Below, piece by piece: positions 11,770-27,163 of a stretch of 64,000 bases of DNA. The notes beneath the pieces were generated by a model that saw nothing but the letters and a program-made list of their open reading frames with translations, was not told the DNA's origin and ran no database searches. Position 1 is the stretch's first letter. Every line of letters starts with the position of its first letter. The position numbers and the translations under genes were made by a program. Origin of the DNA: the human T2T-CHM13v2.0 reference genome, Homo sapiens; the NCBI RefSeq assembly GCF_009914755.1, contig NC_060928.1; one strand, 5' to 3'.

Positions 11770-13950
11770 TGATGGCTTCAGCAGTGGAAGACTGCCACCA
11801 CCTTGGGTTTTTGCACTGTGCAATAACTCCATAATTTCCTTGTGGTATTTAATGGGGGTTCCCAGCAGTTAGGAACCCCCTTTCTTTCCATATTGCAGCA
11901 TGGGCATGTAGGATTAGATAAGCATACTTGCTATCTGTATACACATTTATTCTTTTTCCCTTTCCCAGTTCTAAGGCTCAGGTAAGTGCCACTAGTTCTG
12001 CTAACTGGGCGCTGGTCCCTGGGGAAAAGGGCTTATTTTCAAGTATGGTTACATCACTAACTATGGCATAACCTACCCTTCGTATCCTATTCTCCACAAA
12101 TGAGCTTCCATCGGTATATAGGTTAAGGTCAGGATTAGCTAAGGGGACTTTGAAGAGATCATCTCAGGGGGCATAAGTCTGGACTATAATTTGTTGGCAG
12201 TCAGGCTTGATTGGCTCCCCATCATCTGGGAGAAAAGTGGCAGGGTTGAGGGCCACGCATATACATATTTGAAGCACCGGTCCCTCAAGGAGTAGCACCT
12301 GGTATCTAAGTAGGCAGTTGTCTGATAGCCATAAACTTCCTTTGGCACCTAGTATGCCATTGACATTATGAGTAGTCCAGACAGTGAGATCCTTTCCTTG
12401 TATTATTTTGATAGCCTCTGACACTAAGATGGCCACCGCCACAACTACCCGTAAAACAGTGAGGCCAGCCTTTTGCTACTACATCAATTTCCTTACTTAG
12501 GTATGCCACTGGTTGTGGGGTTGTCACACGAGTCTGAGTATGGACTCCAAGAGCTATCCCTGCTGTCTCTGTGATGTAGAAAGAAAAGTTTTGTCCTGTC
12601 AGAAGGCTTAAAGCAAAGCTGAAGTTTGAACTAGGGCCTGCTTTAAGGTTTTGAAGGCTGTTTCTGCCTCTGGTTCCCATTCTACTAGATGAGTATTTGC
12701 TCTCTGGGTCTCCTTGATTAGAGTATAGAGGGGCCTGGCTATCTCGCTGTATCCGGGGATCCATAGTCGGCAAAAGCTGTTGATTCCAAGGAACACCTGC
12801 AACTGTTTTAATGTCTTAGGGCAAGGATAAGCCAGTATAGGCTGTATTCATTCCTTGCTGAGGGCCCTGGTCCCTCTGGCTAAGATTAGGCCTAGATATT
12901 TCACCTGCTGCAGGCAAAGCTGGGCTTTCGACCTACACACCTTGTACCCTTGATCGGCTAGAAAGTTCAAGAGTTCTAGAGTACCCTGCTGGCATGAGGC
13001 TTCCGAACTGGTAGCCAAGAGCAAATCATCCACATACTGAAGGACCAGAGTGCCTGGACTTGAGAAGTGGCCTAGATCTTGGGCCAGTGCCTGACCAAAC
13101 AGGTGAGGGCTATCCCTAAACCCTTGGGGCAAGACTGTGCACATAAGTTGGGACGTGTGGTCTGTGGGATCCTCAAAGGCAAAGAGAAACTGGGAGTCAG
13201 AGTGCAGGGGAATACAGAAGAAGGCATCCTTGAGGTCCAGAACAGTGAATCATTCTGCTTCCTCTGGTATTTGAGAGAGCAGGGAATAGGGGTTGGGTAC
13301 AACTGGATATAGAGGAGTTACTGCCTCATTGGTGAGTCTAAGATCTTGCACTAGTCTCCACTGACCGTCGGTTTTTGTACTTCTAGAATTGGGGTGTTGC
13401 AGGGACTGCTGCATTTCCTTACTAAGCCTTGAGCTTTTAAATGTTTAACAATATCCTGTAAACCTTTATGAGCTTCAGGCCTTAAGGGATATTGCCTTTG
13501 ATAAGGAAAAGAGGTGGGGTCTTTTAGCCTGATTTGGACTGGGTGGGCATTTTTTGCCCTTCCAATGCACAGACTTCAGGGTTGATTCCCTCTTCAAGTA
13601 GGGGACAACAAATGGGTAACTTGTCCCCTATATTCATGTAGATAATAGCTCCACCTAATATATCTCTACCTAATAAGGGTGTGGGACTTTCAGGCATAAC
13701 AAGAAAGGCATGTGAAAAGAGCAAAGTCTCCCAATTACAACTGAGGAGGTGGGAGAAATACCTGGTTACAGGCTGTCCCAGGATTCCTTGGATGGTAATG
13801 GACCTTGAGGACAGTCGACCAGGACAGGAGATTAACACTGAGAAGGCCGCGCCAGTGTCCAGGAGGAAGTCAATTTCCTGACCCTCAGTGGTTAAACATA
13901 GCCAGGGCTCAGTGAGGGTGATGACATGAGCTGGCGCTTGCCCTGGGCAC
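11770..13950 (-). pseudogene. pol: HERV9 pro-pol remnant (protease, RT, RNase H); frameshifted, integrase absent
   Basis: FLLDTGA protease motif (~13850-13870), LPQGFRDSP and YVDD RT motifs (ORF 12848-13144), connection-domain QPVAYLSKE, RNase H YTDGSS and YTDSKYA. Confidence 0.93.
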
Positions 13951-13952
13951 CC

Positions 13953-15412
13953 TCATTCCTGTTGTTGGATCGTCTGGCTGGGGGCTTCTGATCCAGAGAA
14001 TCTTCGTTCTCTGGAGCAGTGCACCTTCCAGTGATTGCCTCGGCATAGTGGACATGGACGAGGGGGCAGCTTGTTTCTCATTGGACAATCTTTTTTAAAG
14101 TGTCCTTGTAAACCACACTGATAACAAGCCCTACTGGGTGATTAGCCTGCTCCATTTTCTGTCCTCTCTGAACCACCAAGGTTTCTTTGTCTGAGGGCCA
14201 TGACTAAGGCTGCGGCCTTTCTCTGATCTCGCTTTTCCTTTTGGGCCTGTTCCTCTTGGTTCCTATTTTAGAACACCGAGGTTGACAGGTTTAATAATGC
14301 CTCCAAATTTTGTTCAGGGCCCAGGGCTTGCTTTTGGAGCTTTCTCCTGATATCTGCAGCTGGTTGGGTAATAAACTTATCTTTTAGAATCATTTGACCC
14401 TTGAGTGAGTTGGGTGACAGGGGAGTATATTTTCTTAAGGCCTCCCATAGCTGCTCGAGGAAAGCAGAAGGACTTTCTTCCTTTCCCTGAGTTATGGTAG
14501 ACATCATTGAGTAATTCATGGGCTTTTTCCTAATTCTCCTTAGTCCTTCTAGAACACAGGTCAACAGATGTTTATGACTCCGGTCCCTGTGATCTGAGTC
14601 GAGGTCTTAGTGGGGATCCATACTGGGGATGGCTTGTTGACCAGTAGAGAATTTATTCTTTTCTTCAGCTGTCATTCTATCATTTACTTTACTAAGATAC
14701 CAGGTATCTCCAAACTCTCAAGCTGCAGCTAAAGCTGCATTCTTTTCATTAGAGGCCAGGGTTTGATCTAACAGTAGCATGACATCTCTCCAAGCGAGGT
14801 TGAAGGTTTGCCCTAGACCATGTAGGATATCTATGTACCTATCAGGATCATCTGAAAACTTCCCCAGGTCTGCCTTGATCTGCTTTAAATCAGAGAGGGA
14901 GAAGGGGACATGTACCTGGGTTGGGCCAAATTCCCCTCCCCCTATAGCTTGAAGAGGACATAACCGATAGCCTGGGGGGTTAGTGGTCCTTTGGAGATTT
15001 CTTTGCTTATTTCCTTCTGGGCAGGGGAGATTAGAGGAGGATTATCATTAATAGGAAGGGGAGCTATAGGGATGCTAGGATATGGGGATAAGCTGAGAGG
15101 TCCTCCTGTGGGATGTAAATTGCAAGCTTTGCATAGTTGTGTATTCTCCCTCAATGAAAAGAAAGCTTGGACATAAGGCATTTCACTCTATTTGCCTTCC
15201 CTCTTACAGAAAAGGTCAAGCTGCAGGATAGTGTTGTAACTTGTACTTCCCTTAGGTGGCCATTTTTCCCCATCAGAGAGAGAATATTGGGGCCAAGCCA
15301 TAGTGCAGAAAAAAATGAGCCGCCTCTTTCTCAGGGTTTGTGGGTCAAATTGGTCCCAATAGCTTTGGATGCATTTCAAGGGTGAGCCTCTTGATGCCTG
15401 AGTGTTTCCCAT
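13953..15412 (-). pseudogene. gag: HERV9 gag remnant
   Basis: MGNTQAS start, major homology region QGKEESPSAFLEQL, zinc knuckle CYQCGLQGHFKKDC (~14085-14127), TGA at 13953-13955; several stops and frameshifts. Confidence 0.92.
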
Positions 15413-15459
15413 CTGAAAGACAAAAATGCCCCCAGTTTTGGTTTGTTTGTTTCTACCCT

Positions 15460-15780
15460 TGCCCAAGAACCCACAACAGTCCCTGGACCCTGCTGATAGA
15501 ATAGTTGCACTCACCAACACAGCAGCAGAAACAACCCCTACCCAAGAACCTGCAATGGTCCCTGGACCCTGCTGATCGGAATAGTTGCACTCACTGACGC
15601 AGCAGCAGAAACACTAGTTTTCACCTTAGACCACAAAGAGAACCAAGGAAGGTCAGATTTAGTGGCCCTTACTGATGCATTCTTGAAAACCTGCACTCTT
15701 GCCTGTCCTCCTAGACCACAAAGAGGACCAAGAAAAATCGGGTTTAGTGGCCCTTACCAACGCATTCTCAAAAACCTGTT
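15460..15780. repeat. Two pairs of ~80-bp tandem repeats in the proviral leader
   Basis: CCCAAGAACC...GCAGCAGAAACA twice, then TAGACCACAAAGAG...AAAACCTG twice. Confidence 0.8.
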
Positions 15781-16694
15781 AGAGTCCTAGGCATTCACCT
15801 GTTAGTATTGGGACTTTACCCGTGTCCTATAAAGATGTTATGCCCCAAAAATGAAGTGGAGGGCCATACCCTGAGGGAGGGAAGGGATCTCCAGAGTTGG
15901 AAGAGTGATGCCCTTTGTCCTCACTTACATGAATAGGAAGGATACAATTTCTGAGGCTACCCATATCCTACCTTCAGGAATAGCTTTTGTTAGGCCTGCT
16001 TGTCTGAGGAGGGATCCTAAAATTCCAGGTAGTCTCCCCTACAACAGGGCTTTGGGCAAAAATTGTGTCCTTCTGATTAGTGAGCCCAGGTGCCTAAAGA
16101 AGATAACAGAATCCTGGAGTTTATACTAGAAATCATTCTTACAGGAGAAAATAGAAAATCACCAGAGACAGGGAGTGATTTTTAGAAGAGGGACTAGCCT
16201 CAGAGAAGAGAGGTGAGAGGAAGTTTTGTCTGGCAGGCATTAGGACCCAGGAGTCAAGGGTCAGGGTAGATAGAATAGATGGGCTAGTCTTGCTTGGGTG
16301 ACATGCCTTTGAGAGTTCTGCTCATGGCCGCATGGTCAACCAACTTGTTGTCGGCACCCCGGAGCTGAATGGCTTTCCTCTCTGTCGACCCTCGACTCAG
16401 CCCAGGAAAACAGGAAAAGTGGAAGCTGGTTCCAGGCAAACCAACGCTCCCAACTCCGAAGAGTCGGGGGTTGTTAGACAGCCCTTTCTCAGAAAGCCTG
16501 ACACCTGTGTCTTCAGTCTGGCAGCCACGCTAGTCGCTTTTAACTGTGCCTGGTATTTAGCCCCTGAATTCTAAGAAAAAATAGGACAGAATAGCAAGCA
16601 AAAGGGGTCCGATGGTACTCACCGCTTGGCGATAGGTGATGGTCTCACCGCTTGGTGACAGGCAGTTGTCTCACCGCTTGGCGATAGGCAATAG

Positions 16695-16712
16695 TCTCTT
16701 TGTGGTTGCCAA
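16695..16712 (-). other. Primer binding site, tRNA-Arg type
   Basis: Minus-strand TGGCAACCACAAAGAGAC just after the 5' LTR, resembling TGGCGACCACGAAGGGAC with transitions. Confidence 0.8.
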
Positions 16713-16714
16713 AA

Positions 16715-18045
16715 TGTATCTGGAATTGGTGTGTTCTTGGTCTCACTGACTTCAAGAATGAAGCCGCAGACCCTCGTGATAAGTATTACAGTTCTTAAAG
16801 ATGGTGTGTCTGGAGTTTGTTCCTTCAGATGTTCAGATGTGTTGTTTCTTCCTTCTGTTGGGTTCATGGTCTCGCTGGCTTCAGGAGTGAAGCTGGAGAC
16901 CTTCGTGGTGAGTGTTACAGCTCATAAAGGCAGCGCAGACCAAAAGGGTGAGCAGCAGCAAGATTTATTGTGAAGAGCGAAAGAACAAAGCTTCCACAGT
17001 GTGGAAGGGGACCCAAGTGGGTTGCCACTGCTGGCTCGGGCAGCCTGCGTTTATTCCCTTATCTGGCCCCAAACACATCCTGTTGATTGGTCCATTTTAC
17101 GGAGAGCTGATTGGTCCATTTTACAGAGAGCTAGTTGGTCTGTTTTATAGAGAGCTGATTGGTATGTTTTGACAGAGTGCTGATTGGTGCGTTTACAATC
17201 CCTGAGCTAGACACAGAGTGCTGATTGATGCATTTACAATCCTCTAGCTAGACATAAAAGTTCTCCAGGTCCCCACCAGATTAGCTAGATACAGAGTGCT
17301 GATTGGTGTGTTTACAAACCTTTAGCTAGACACAGAGTGCTGATTGGTGCGTTCACAATCCTTTAGCTAGACATAAAAGTTCTCCAAGTCCCCACCTGAC
17401 TCAGGAGCCCAGCTGGCTTCGCCTAGCAGATCCCGTGCTGGGGCCACGGGCGGAGCTGCCCACCAGTCCCACTCAGTGCGCCCGCAGTCCTCAGCCCTTG
17501 GGCAGTCGATGGGACTGGGTGCCGTGGAGCAGGGGCCGGTGCCCATCAGGGAGGCTCGGGCCACACGGGAGCCCACCGGTTGTGGGGGAGCTCGGTCGTG
17601 GTGGGCTGCAGGTCCCAAGCCCTGCCCCACAGGGAGGCAGCTGAGGCCTGGCAAGAATTCTAGTGCGGCACGGGTAGGCTGGCAGTGCTGGGGTACCTGG
17701 TGCACCCTCCGCAGACGCTGGCCCAGGTGCTAAGCCCCTCACTGCCCAGGGCTGGCTGCACAGGCTGGCCGCTCTGAGTGCGGGGCCTGCTGAGCCCACA
17801 CCCACCCAGAATTCACGCTGGCCCGCGAGCGCTGCACGCAGCACCAGATCCCCCCCCCCATGCCTCTTCCTCCACACCTCCCCACAAGCAGAGGGAGCTG
17901 GCTCTGGCCTCGGCCAGCCCAGAGAGGGGCTTCCACAGTGCAGCGGCAGGCTGAAGGGCTCCTCAAGCATGGCCAGAGTGGATGCTGAGGCCGCTAAGCA
18001 GGCACCAAGAGCGAGTGAGGGCTGCCAGCACGTTGTCACCTCTCA
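16715..18045 (-). promoter_or_regulatory. 5' LTR12 (promoter/enhancer with tandem CCAAT boxes)
   Basis: Homologous to 8546-9973; repeated GCTGATTGG (CCAATCAGC) units at about 17085-17350; LTR12 promoters are known to be NF-Y driven. Confidence 0.93.
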
Positions 18046-18199
18046 CTGTGACTATCATACTTTTCCAGTCACCTTTAACCAAAAGAGCCGCCCGAGTTAT
18101 CTGCTATATGATATTCTGATACAGAGTTCTAATATTGAAGTTATAGTTCTTAAATAAGTCCTTGTTGCGTGTGAAAGCAACACTTGGCAGTTCCAGAGC

Positions 18200-18433
18200 C
18201 TGAGTAGAATCCTCAGGAATAGACCCTGATGCTTGAAAGCAGGGAAGCCGATTCAAGGAAAAAGGACCTTGCTTCAGCCTCTATTTCCATGTTCAGGAAA
18301 TGAAATATAATAACATTACCAGCATCAGAAAGGTTGCTGGGAAGGTGAAAAGATATTACTTGTTTAATCTGGAAACAGTTAAGCACAAAATTAATGTTAA
18401 TTAATTCGATAACACTAATTGTGTATTTATCTT
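18200..18433 (+). repeat. Diverged direct-repeat partner of 6727-6908
   Basis: 21-bp identical core AAACAGTTAAGCACAAAATTA (6848-6868 and 18373-18393) with colinear similarity on both sides. Confidence 0.85.
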
Positions 18434-18931
18434 AAAAATACAGGAAACTAAACACGTGATTATTGAAATACCAGTGATTTGATGGAATTCGAATTAACCA
18501 TACTTTGAGATAAATTAGAAAGATGTTTGGTTTTGTTGTTTTTTAAAAAAAATTGATATATATTCAGATGAATAAAGATTATTATAATTTATAGTTACTA
18601 CTCTAGAAGTTTTTTTATCCTAGAACTTTAATGCTGAGTAATATCATAAATTATTAATAATATACAATGTGAAGAAATATAGTGCATATACCTTGATTTA
18701 TAACATGTATCCATTATAAGCCAAAATTTTTGAGAAATATATTTTTGAGAGACTGTACATTAAAAACTGGATGAGATTGATTATATTTTATTTTTATGAA
18801 AATGATTATAGAAGTTAATTTTATTAAGTGTTTTATGTTCAAGATTTTATGTAAATCCTTTCAATATTCAACACCAGAAGGAATAAGTCTAAGATATATA
18901 TTATTCTGGTAGAATTTAGTCTTTTAGTTTA

Positions 18932-20470
<1,539 letters not shown>

Positions 20471-21869
20471 TAACTTCTAGTTTATATATCCTTGTTTTCA
20501 ATGTACAAAGATGTACACTTTAGTAGGGAAAGAAAGAACGATTGTCACTGTTTAATATGCATCAATTAACATAAGTAATCTATTTTAATGGTATTTCAGA
20601 ACCACAAAGAAAAACTCTTTCCTTAAAGCTTTAAAAATGTAATTGAAATCTGAAAACATATTCCATATAATTTACCACGAAAGAGAAGAGACACTCTACT
20701 ACAGTCATATTCAATTTTTTTGTTTTGTTTATTACAATAGACATTTAGAACATCTTATCCTTAAAGTAATTTCAGTTGTTTTGCTGATTTTCAGCTTGTC
20801 AGATTGTTTATTCCTTTTCCTTTTTGCAATAGAATGATAATGAGAATAAATTTTGTACTGTGTGAAAATAAATTTATTTTTATAACAGTTAAATTAAAGA
20901 GATAATCTGATAAATCTGAATGTTATTTTAACAGTTTGTGCTCCTGTCATACTTTGAACTGTAAATTTTATTCAGCTGCCCTCTATCAGGCAAGCTTCAT
21001 GAATTCCTGCAATTTGCTGAAGGCATTGTAACAAAACAATAGAGTGAGGTGGAATAAACCTTTAAAAATTCCTGTGAAGATTATACTTACTTTTTATTAT
21101 TTGTTATTTTCTGTCAGAATTTTGGACAAAGAAGTTAAGACCTATGCTTTGGATGAAACAAATGATTATTTCCTTTAAAGCTATTTCCTTTTTACTTTTT
21201 GTAATGAAAGGCTTATTGGTATATAATTCACCTAGCATGAAATTGACCATATTAAAGTGTACAATTCAGTGGTTTTTAGAATATTGATGGAATTGTGCAA
21301 CCATCATCACTATCCAATCTTATAATAGTTTCATCACCCCCAAAAGGAACCCCACACCCAAGAGCAGTCACTCCCATTCCTCCCTACTCCCAGTTTTCTG
21401 GTAACCAGTAATCTACCTTCTTTCTCTTCAGATTTGCCTGTTCTGGAGATTTTATATAAATAGAATAATTAAATATGTAGTCATCTGTGGCTTGCTTTTT
21501 TCCTTTATTATATTATTCTGAGGCTTGTTCATTTTGTAGCATGTATCAATATTTAATTCCTTTTTATGAGCTATAACAATAATGAAATATTATATGGATA
21601 TATCACATCTGTGTTTATTGATTCATCAGTTGATGGACATTTAGATTGTTTCCACTTTTTGACTATTATCAATAATGCAAATATGAACATTGATGTGTCA
21701 GTGATTATAAAGACAGATATGTTTATTCCACTTGAGTGTATACTTAGGAGTCAAATTGCTGCAGTGTATGGTATGAAGAAAATCATTTTATTTATGATAG
21801 CACAAAAAACAATGTGTAATATTTTGAGGACCTGCCAAACAACTTTGCAAAATGGCTGCTTCATTTTAA

Positions 21870-22280
<411 letters not shown>

Positions 22281-24724
22281 TGAGGTTTTGATTTATATTT
22301 ACCTAATGAATAATGATGTTGAGCATCGTTTTATGTACTTGTCAGTCTTTTGTCTTTCTTGGGAGAAATATGTACTCCAGCCTTTTGCCTATTTTTTAAT
22401 TTCTTCTTTCATTGTTGAGTTGTAATAAATCTTAATATATTCTGAGTGCAAGTAATGTATCAAATATATAATTTGTAAGCATATTCTTCTATTGTGTGCA
22501 TTGTTTCTTCATTTCTTTATGTGTCCTTTGATACACTAATTTTAAAATTTTGATAAAGTTCAATTTCCTAGATGTTTTTGTCTCATACTTTTGGTGTTAT
22601 GTCTAAAAAACCATTGCTTAACAAAACGTCATGCAAAGTTTCCCGTATGTTCTCTCTTCTAAAAGTTTTGTAATTTTGGCTTTTACACTTAGATTTAAAT
22701 CCAATTTAGGTTCATTTTTGCCTATTGTGTGAAATAGGGGGTCCAAATAAATTCTTTGCCTGAAGAACTTTGAAAAGACTATTCTTTTCAACCCATAATT
22801 GGGTTGAAAAGGCAATTGTGAAGACTATTTTCACACAATTTTTAAAGGACTGTTTTTCCCCATTAAATATTTTTGGAATTCAAATCTAAAATCAAACGAT
22901 CATAAATGTAAGCTATATTTCTGGATGCTCAATTCTATTTATTTGTCTGTTCTTATGTAGTACACACTGTATTATTATAGTTCTGTAATAAATCTCATTA
23001 TCAGGAAGTATTAATCTTCCAACTTTGATATTCTTTTTAAGTGTTACTTTGACTATTCTGGAGCCATTACATTCTCATATATATTTTAGGATCAGCTTGT
23101 CAATTTTTTTAGAAAAAGGTAATTGATTTTTTTGGTAGACATTGCATTGAATCCGTGTACCAAATTGGAGAGTATTGCCATCTTAACAATATTGTCTTCC
23201 AGTTCTTTTCATTTTTTTAGATTTTCTGTAACTTTTTTCAACAAAATTTGTAGTCTTCAATGTACAATTATTGAACTTTTGTTACATTTATTTATAAGTG
23301 ATTGTTTTTTGTGCTATTATAAATAAAATTGTTTTCTTCATTTCATTTTTAGACTTTTCATTACTAATGTATAGACATCCAATTGATTTTGGATATTGAC
23401 TTTGAATTCTGCAATCTTGCTGGAATTATTAGTTCTAATTTTTGTGTGAAATTCTCAGGATTCTCTATATACAAGAGCATGCCATCTGTGAGTCGTCACG
23501 ATTTTGCCTCTTTCCAATCTGAATACTTACTTCCTTTGCTTGCATAATTGTCCTGGTTAGAATCTACAGGACAATGTTGAATAAAAAGGTGAGAGCAGAC
23601 ATCCTTATCCTGTTTCTGATCTAAGATTGAAAGCATGTAGTCTTTCCTGCTTAAGTGTGATATTAGCTGTGGATAATCAAGTTTAGGAAGTTCTCTTCTA
23701 TTTGGTAGGTGCTTTTCATCGGGTTCAGGAGTTCCCTTCTATTCTTATTTTTCTTGAAAGCTCTTATCATGTAAGGATGATGGATTTGTCAAATACTTTT
23801 CTACTTCTATGAAAATGCTTATGTGATTTTTGTCCTTTATTAATATGATGTGTTATCCTGATTGATTTTTGGATGTTATATCAACCTTGCATTCCTAGTG
23901 TAGTAACCACTAGTTAATGGAGTATAATTCATTTAATATGGGTCTGCATTTGGTTTGTTAGTATTTTGTTGAGGATTTTTATTTGTGTATTTATTAGAGA
24001 TGTTAATGTATAGTTTTCTTTTCTTGTGATAGTTGTCTGGTTTTGGTATCAAGGTAATACACAGAATAAGTTGAAAGTGTTCCTTCCTCTTCTACTTTTT
24101 GCAAGAATTTGTTAAAAACTGGTATTAATTAAATGTTTGATAGAGTTCATCAGTGAAGCAGGTGAAGTGAAGTAGGGCCCAAACTTTTCTTTGTGGGTAG
24201 TTTTCCTAATTACTGTTTCAATCTCTTTACTTGTTATAGATCTTTCCAGGTTTTTTATTTATCCTTGAGTCAGCTTTGGTGGTTTGTGTTGTATCTAAAA
24301 ATTTGTCCTTTTAATCTAGGTTATCTAATTTGTGGGACCACAGTAGTTCATAGTATTCCCTCTTAATTTTTTTTTAAATTTCTCTAAGGCCAATAACAAT
24401 GTTGCTTTCTTCATTCCTGATTTGTAATTTACATTTTCTCTCACTTCATCTTGTTTTGTCTAGCTAAAAGTCTGGCAATTTTGTTAAAGTTTTGGTTTTG
24501 TTAGTTTTCTTTATTGTTTTTTTTTCTACTGTCTATTCATTAATTTCTACCCTTAATACTATTATTACCTTCTTTCTCATTGCTTTGTGTTGTTTGCATT
24601 TTTACTTTTCCTAATTTCTTTAGATGGAAGGTTAGGTTATTGATTTGAAATTCTTCTTGCTTTATACTGGCGTTTACAGACATAAATTTCCCTTTAAAGA
24701 ATGCTTTAGCTGCATCCCAAAAGG

Positions 24725-24859
24725 TTTGTTTGTTCGTTTTATTAGAGACAGGGCCTTATTATGTTTCCCAGCCTAACCCTGAACTCCTGGGCTCAATTGT
24801 TCCTTCTGTTTCAGCCTCTGAGTAACTGAAATTATAGACATGGGCCACTGTGACTGGCT
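24725..24859 (-). mobile_element. Alu monomer (FLAM-like)
   Basis: AGAGACAGGG...GAACTCCTGGGCTCAA...CCACTGTGACTGGC. Confidence 0.75.
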
Positions 24860-26152
24860 AAGGTTTGTTGTGTTGGGTTTTTACTTTCATTCATTTCAAT
24901 TATGTTATGTTGTAATTTTGTGTGTGTGTGTGTGTGTGTGTTTTGTTTCGTTTTTGTTGTTGTTTTGTTTTTTTGTTTTTTTTTTTTTACCCATTGGTTA
25001 TTTAGAAGTGTGTTCTTTAATTTTCATACGTTTCAATTTTCTAATTATTCTTCTGTTATTGATTTTTGTTTTTAATTTTGTTTCAAGAAGAGATGATGAA
25101 CAATTTAATACCTTTTAAATTTATCGAGGTATGTTTTATAGACTAGCATATGGTTTATCAAGGAACTCATGAGTACCTGACAAAAATGTCTTAATATATT
25201 CTGCTATGATTGCGTATTCTATAGATTATGGTTATACGTGGTTTCTAGTGCTGTTTAAGTCTTCTGTTTTCTTCATGATCTCCTGCCTAGTTGTTCTATT
25301 CATTGTTGAAAGTGCAACATTGAAATCTTCAATATTTATCACTGAATTATCAATTAGTCTTTCAGTTTTCTTAGTTTTTGCTGTGTGTACTTTGAGACTT
25401 TTTCCTGTGGTTCACATGTATTTATACTTGTTATGTATTGCTGAATAATTGACCCTTTTTTCATTATAAAATATATATATGTTTTGCTTTTATATCAATT
25501 TTTGTTTTACAATCTATTTTTTAAAATATTGATAACAGCTCTTAGTTACTGTTTGTATAGTATATCTCATTTTTGTCTTTTTACTGTCAACCTATTATGT
25601 CTTTGAATCTTGTGGACAAAATATCATTGGATCATTTTTATAAAATCCATTCTTCCAATGTCTTCCTTTTCATTGGAGTTTTACTTAATTACTTAATTGA
25701 CTTTTAATGTAATTACTGGTAAGATAGAATTTGTACATTATTTATTTTTAACATGTCTTTTGCTTCTTTGTTCTTCTATTCTTCCATTACTGTTTTTTCT
25801 TCGGTTACATATACATATTTTCAAGTGTACTATTTATTACATTTATTGTTTATACACACACACACACATATATATTTTTCTAAAGATTATAGTAGAAATT
25901 ACAATTAACTTAAAGCAATCTAGTTCACGTTAATGTCAACTAAAGTCAATATTATACAAAAATTTGCTATAAAAGAGCTTTGTTCTATGTACTCCTGCTT
26001 TATGCTATTATTTAATCCCAAATTGTATCTTTATTCATTATAAGCTGAAAAACACAGTTTTATAGTTATAGCTTTATTCAATGCCTTTTAAATCAGTTAG
26101 GAGAAGAAAAAATTTACAAAAATACATTAATAATAATTTTTATATTTACCTA

Positions 26153-27163
26153 TTGCCTTAGTCAATTCAGGCTGCTATAACAAAAATACATACACTGAGT
26201 GGCCTAAAGAGCACACATATTTTTTTGCACAGCTCTGGAGTCTGGAAAGTCCAAGATCAAAGTACTGGCAGATCTGGTGTCTGGTAAGGACACTTTCCCT
26301 GGTTTTAAGATGACCATCTTCTCATTGTACCCTCACATGGTAGAGGGCAGAGAGAGAGGAAGCAAGCTCTCTCTTGTCTCTTCATGAGAGTATTGTTATA
26401 ATCATTCTGCAGAGAGACAGAACTAATAAGAGAGGGAAAGTGAGAGCGAGAAAGAGAGAGAGAGGTGAGAAGGGATTTATTAGGGCAATTCTCTCACTCA
26501 ATTATGTAGATTGAGAAGTTCCATGATAAGCTGCAAGCTGGAGAACCAGAGAAGTAAGCATCATGGCTCAGCCTAAGTCTGAAAGCCTCAGAACCAGGGA
26601 AGCCAATGGAGTAACTCAACTGCTGGTTCAAGTTTCAGAGTCCAAAGGCTGGAGAATCTGGAGTTCTGACATCCACAGACAGGAGAAGGGTGTCCCATTT
26701 TCAGAAGAGGGAGAAAAATTTACCCTCTGCTTTTTGGTTCCAAGCTTGCCCCCAGCCAATTGGATAGTTTCTACCCACATTGAAGGCAGATCTTTGCCAC
26801 TCAACCTACCAACTCAAAGGCCAATCTACTCCAGAAATACCCTCATAGGTACACCTGGAGAAGCCCAACCATTCCAATCAAATGCCAAACCATCTGAGTT
26901 TCCTTTTCAGCAGAGGAGAGACAGGCTCAATGCCTATTGAAGCATTAAGAATAATTAATATTTTACCAGCTATCTGTGTATACTTCAATCCAGTCAAGGT
27001 GACAGCCAAAATTAATGATCACAGGTACTAATACCATCCTGAGGGCCCCACCCTCATAATTTTATTACCTCCCAAAGGGCCCACCTCCAAATAACCTTCT
27101 ATGGGAGTATGGTTTCAACATAGAAATTTGGAGCAGAGTGTACACAAACATGTAATTCATAGC
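26153..27163 (-). mobile_element. MaLR LTR (MLT1A/MST-like) containing a nested MLT2 LTR (~26390-27022)
   Basis: TGCCTTAGTCAATTCAGGCTGCTATAACAAAA start, CATAGCA end, TSD CCTAT; inner element with CAGAGAGACAGAACTAATAAG, CTGCAAGCTGGAGAACCAG and AAAATTAATGATCACA. Confidence 0.8.

Larger units (their letters stand above)
8546..18045 (-). mobile_element. HERV9 (ERV1 class) provirus flanked by LTR12; defective
   Basis: Two homologous LTRs starting TGAGAGGTGACA on the minus strand, tRNA-Arg-type PBS, PPT, gag/pro/RT/RNaseH/env remnants, 4-bp TSD CTGC (8542-8545) / CTGT (18046-18049). Confidence 0.96.

Noticed and set aside
11464-11832. 122-aa highly charged K/R/E ORF
   Set aside because: Translation of the GA-rich low-complexity tract joined to out-of-frame RNase H sequence
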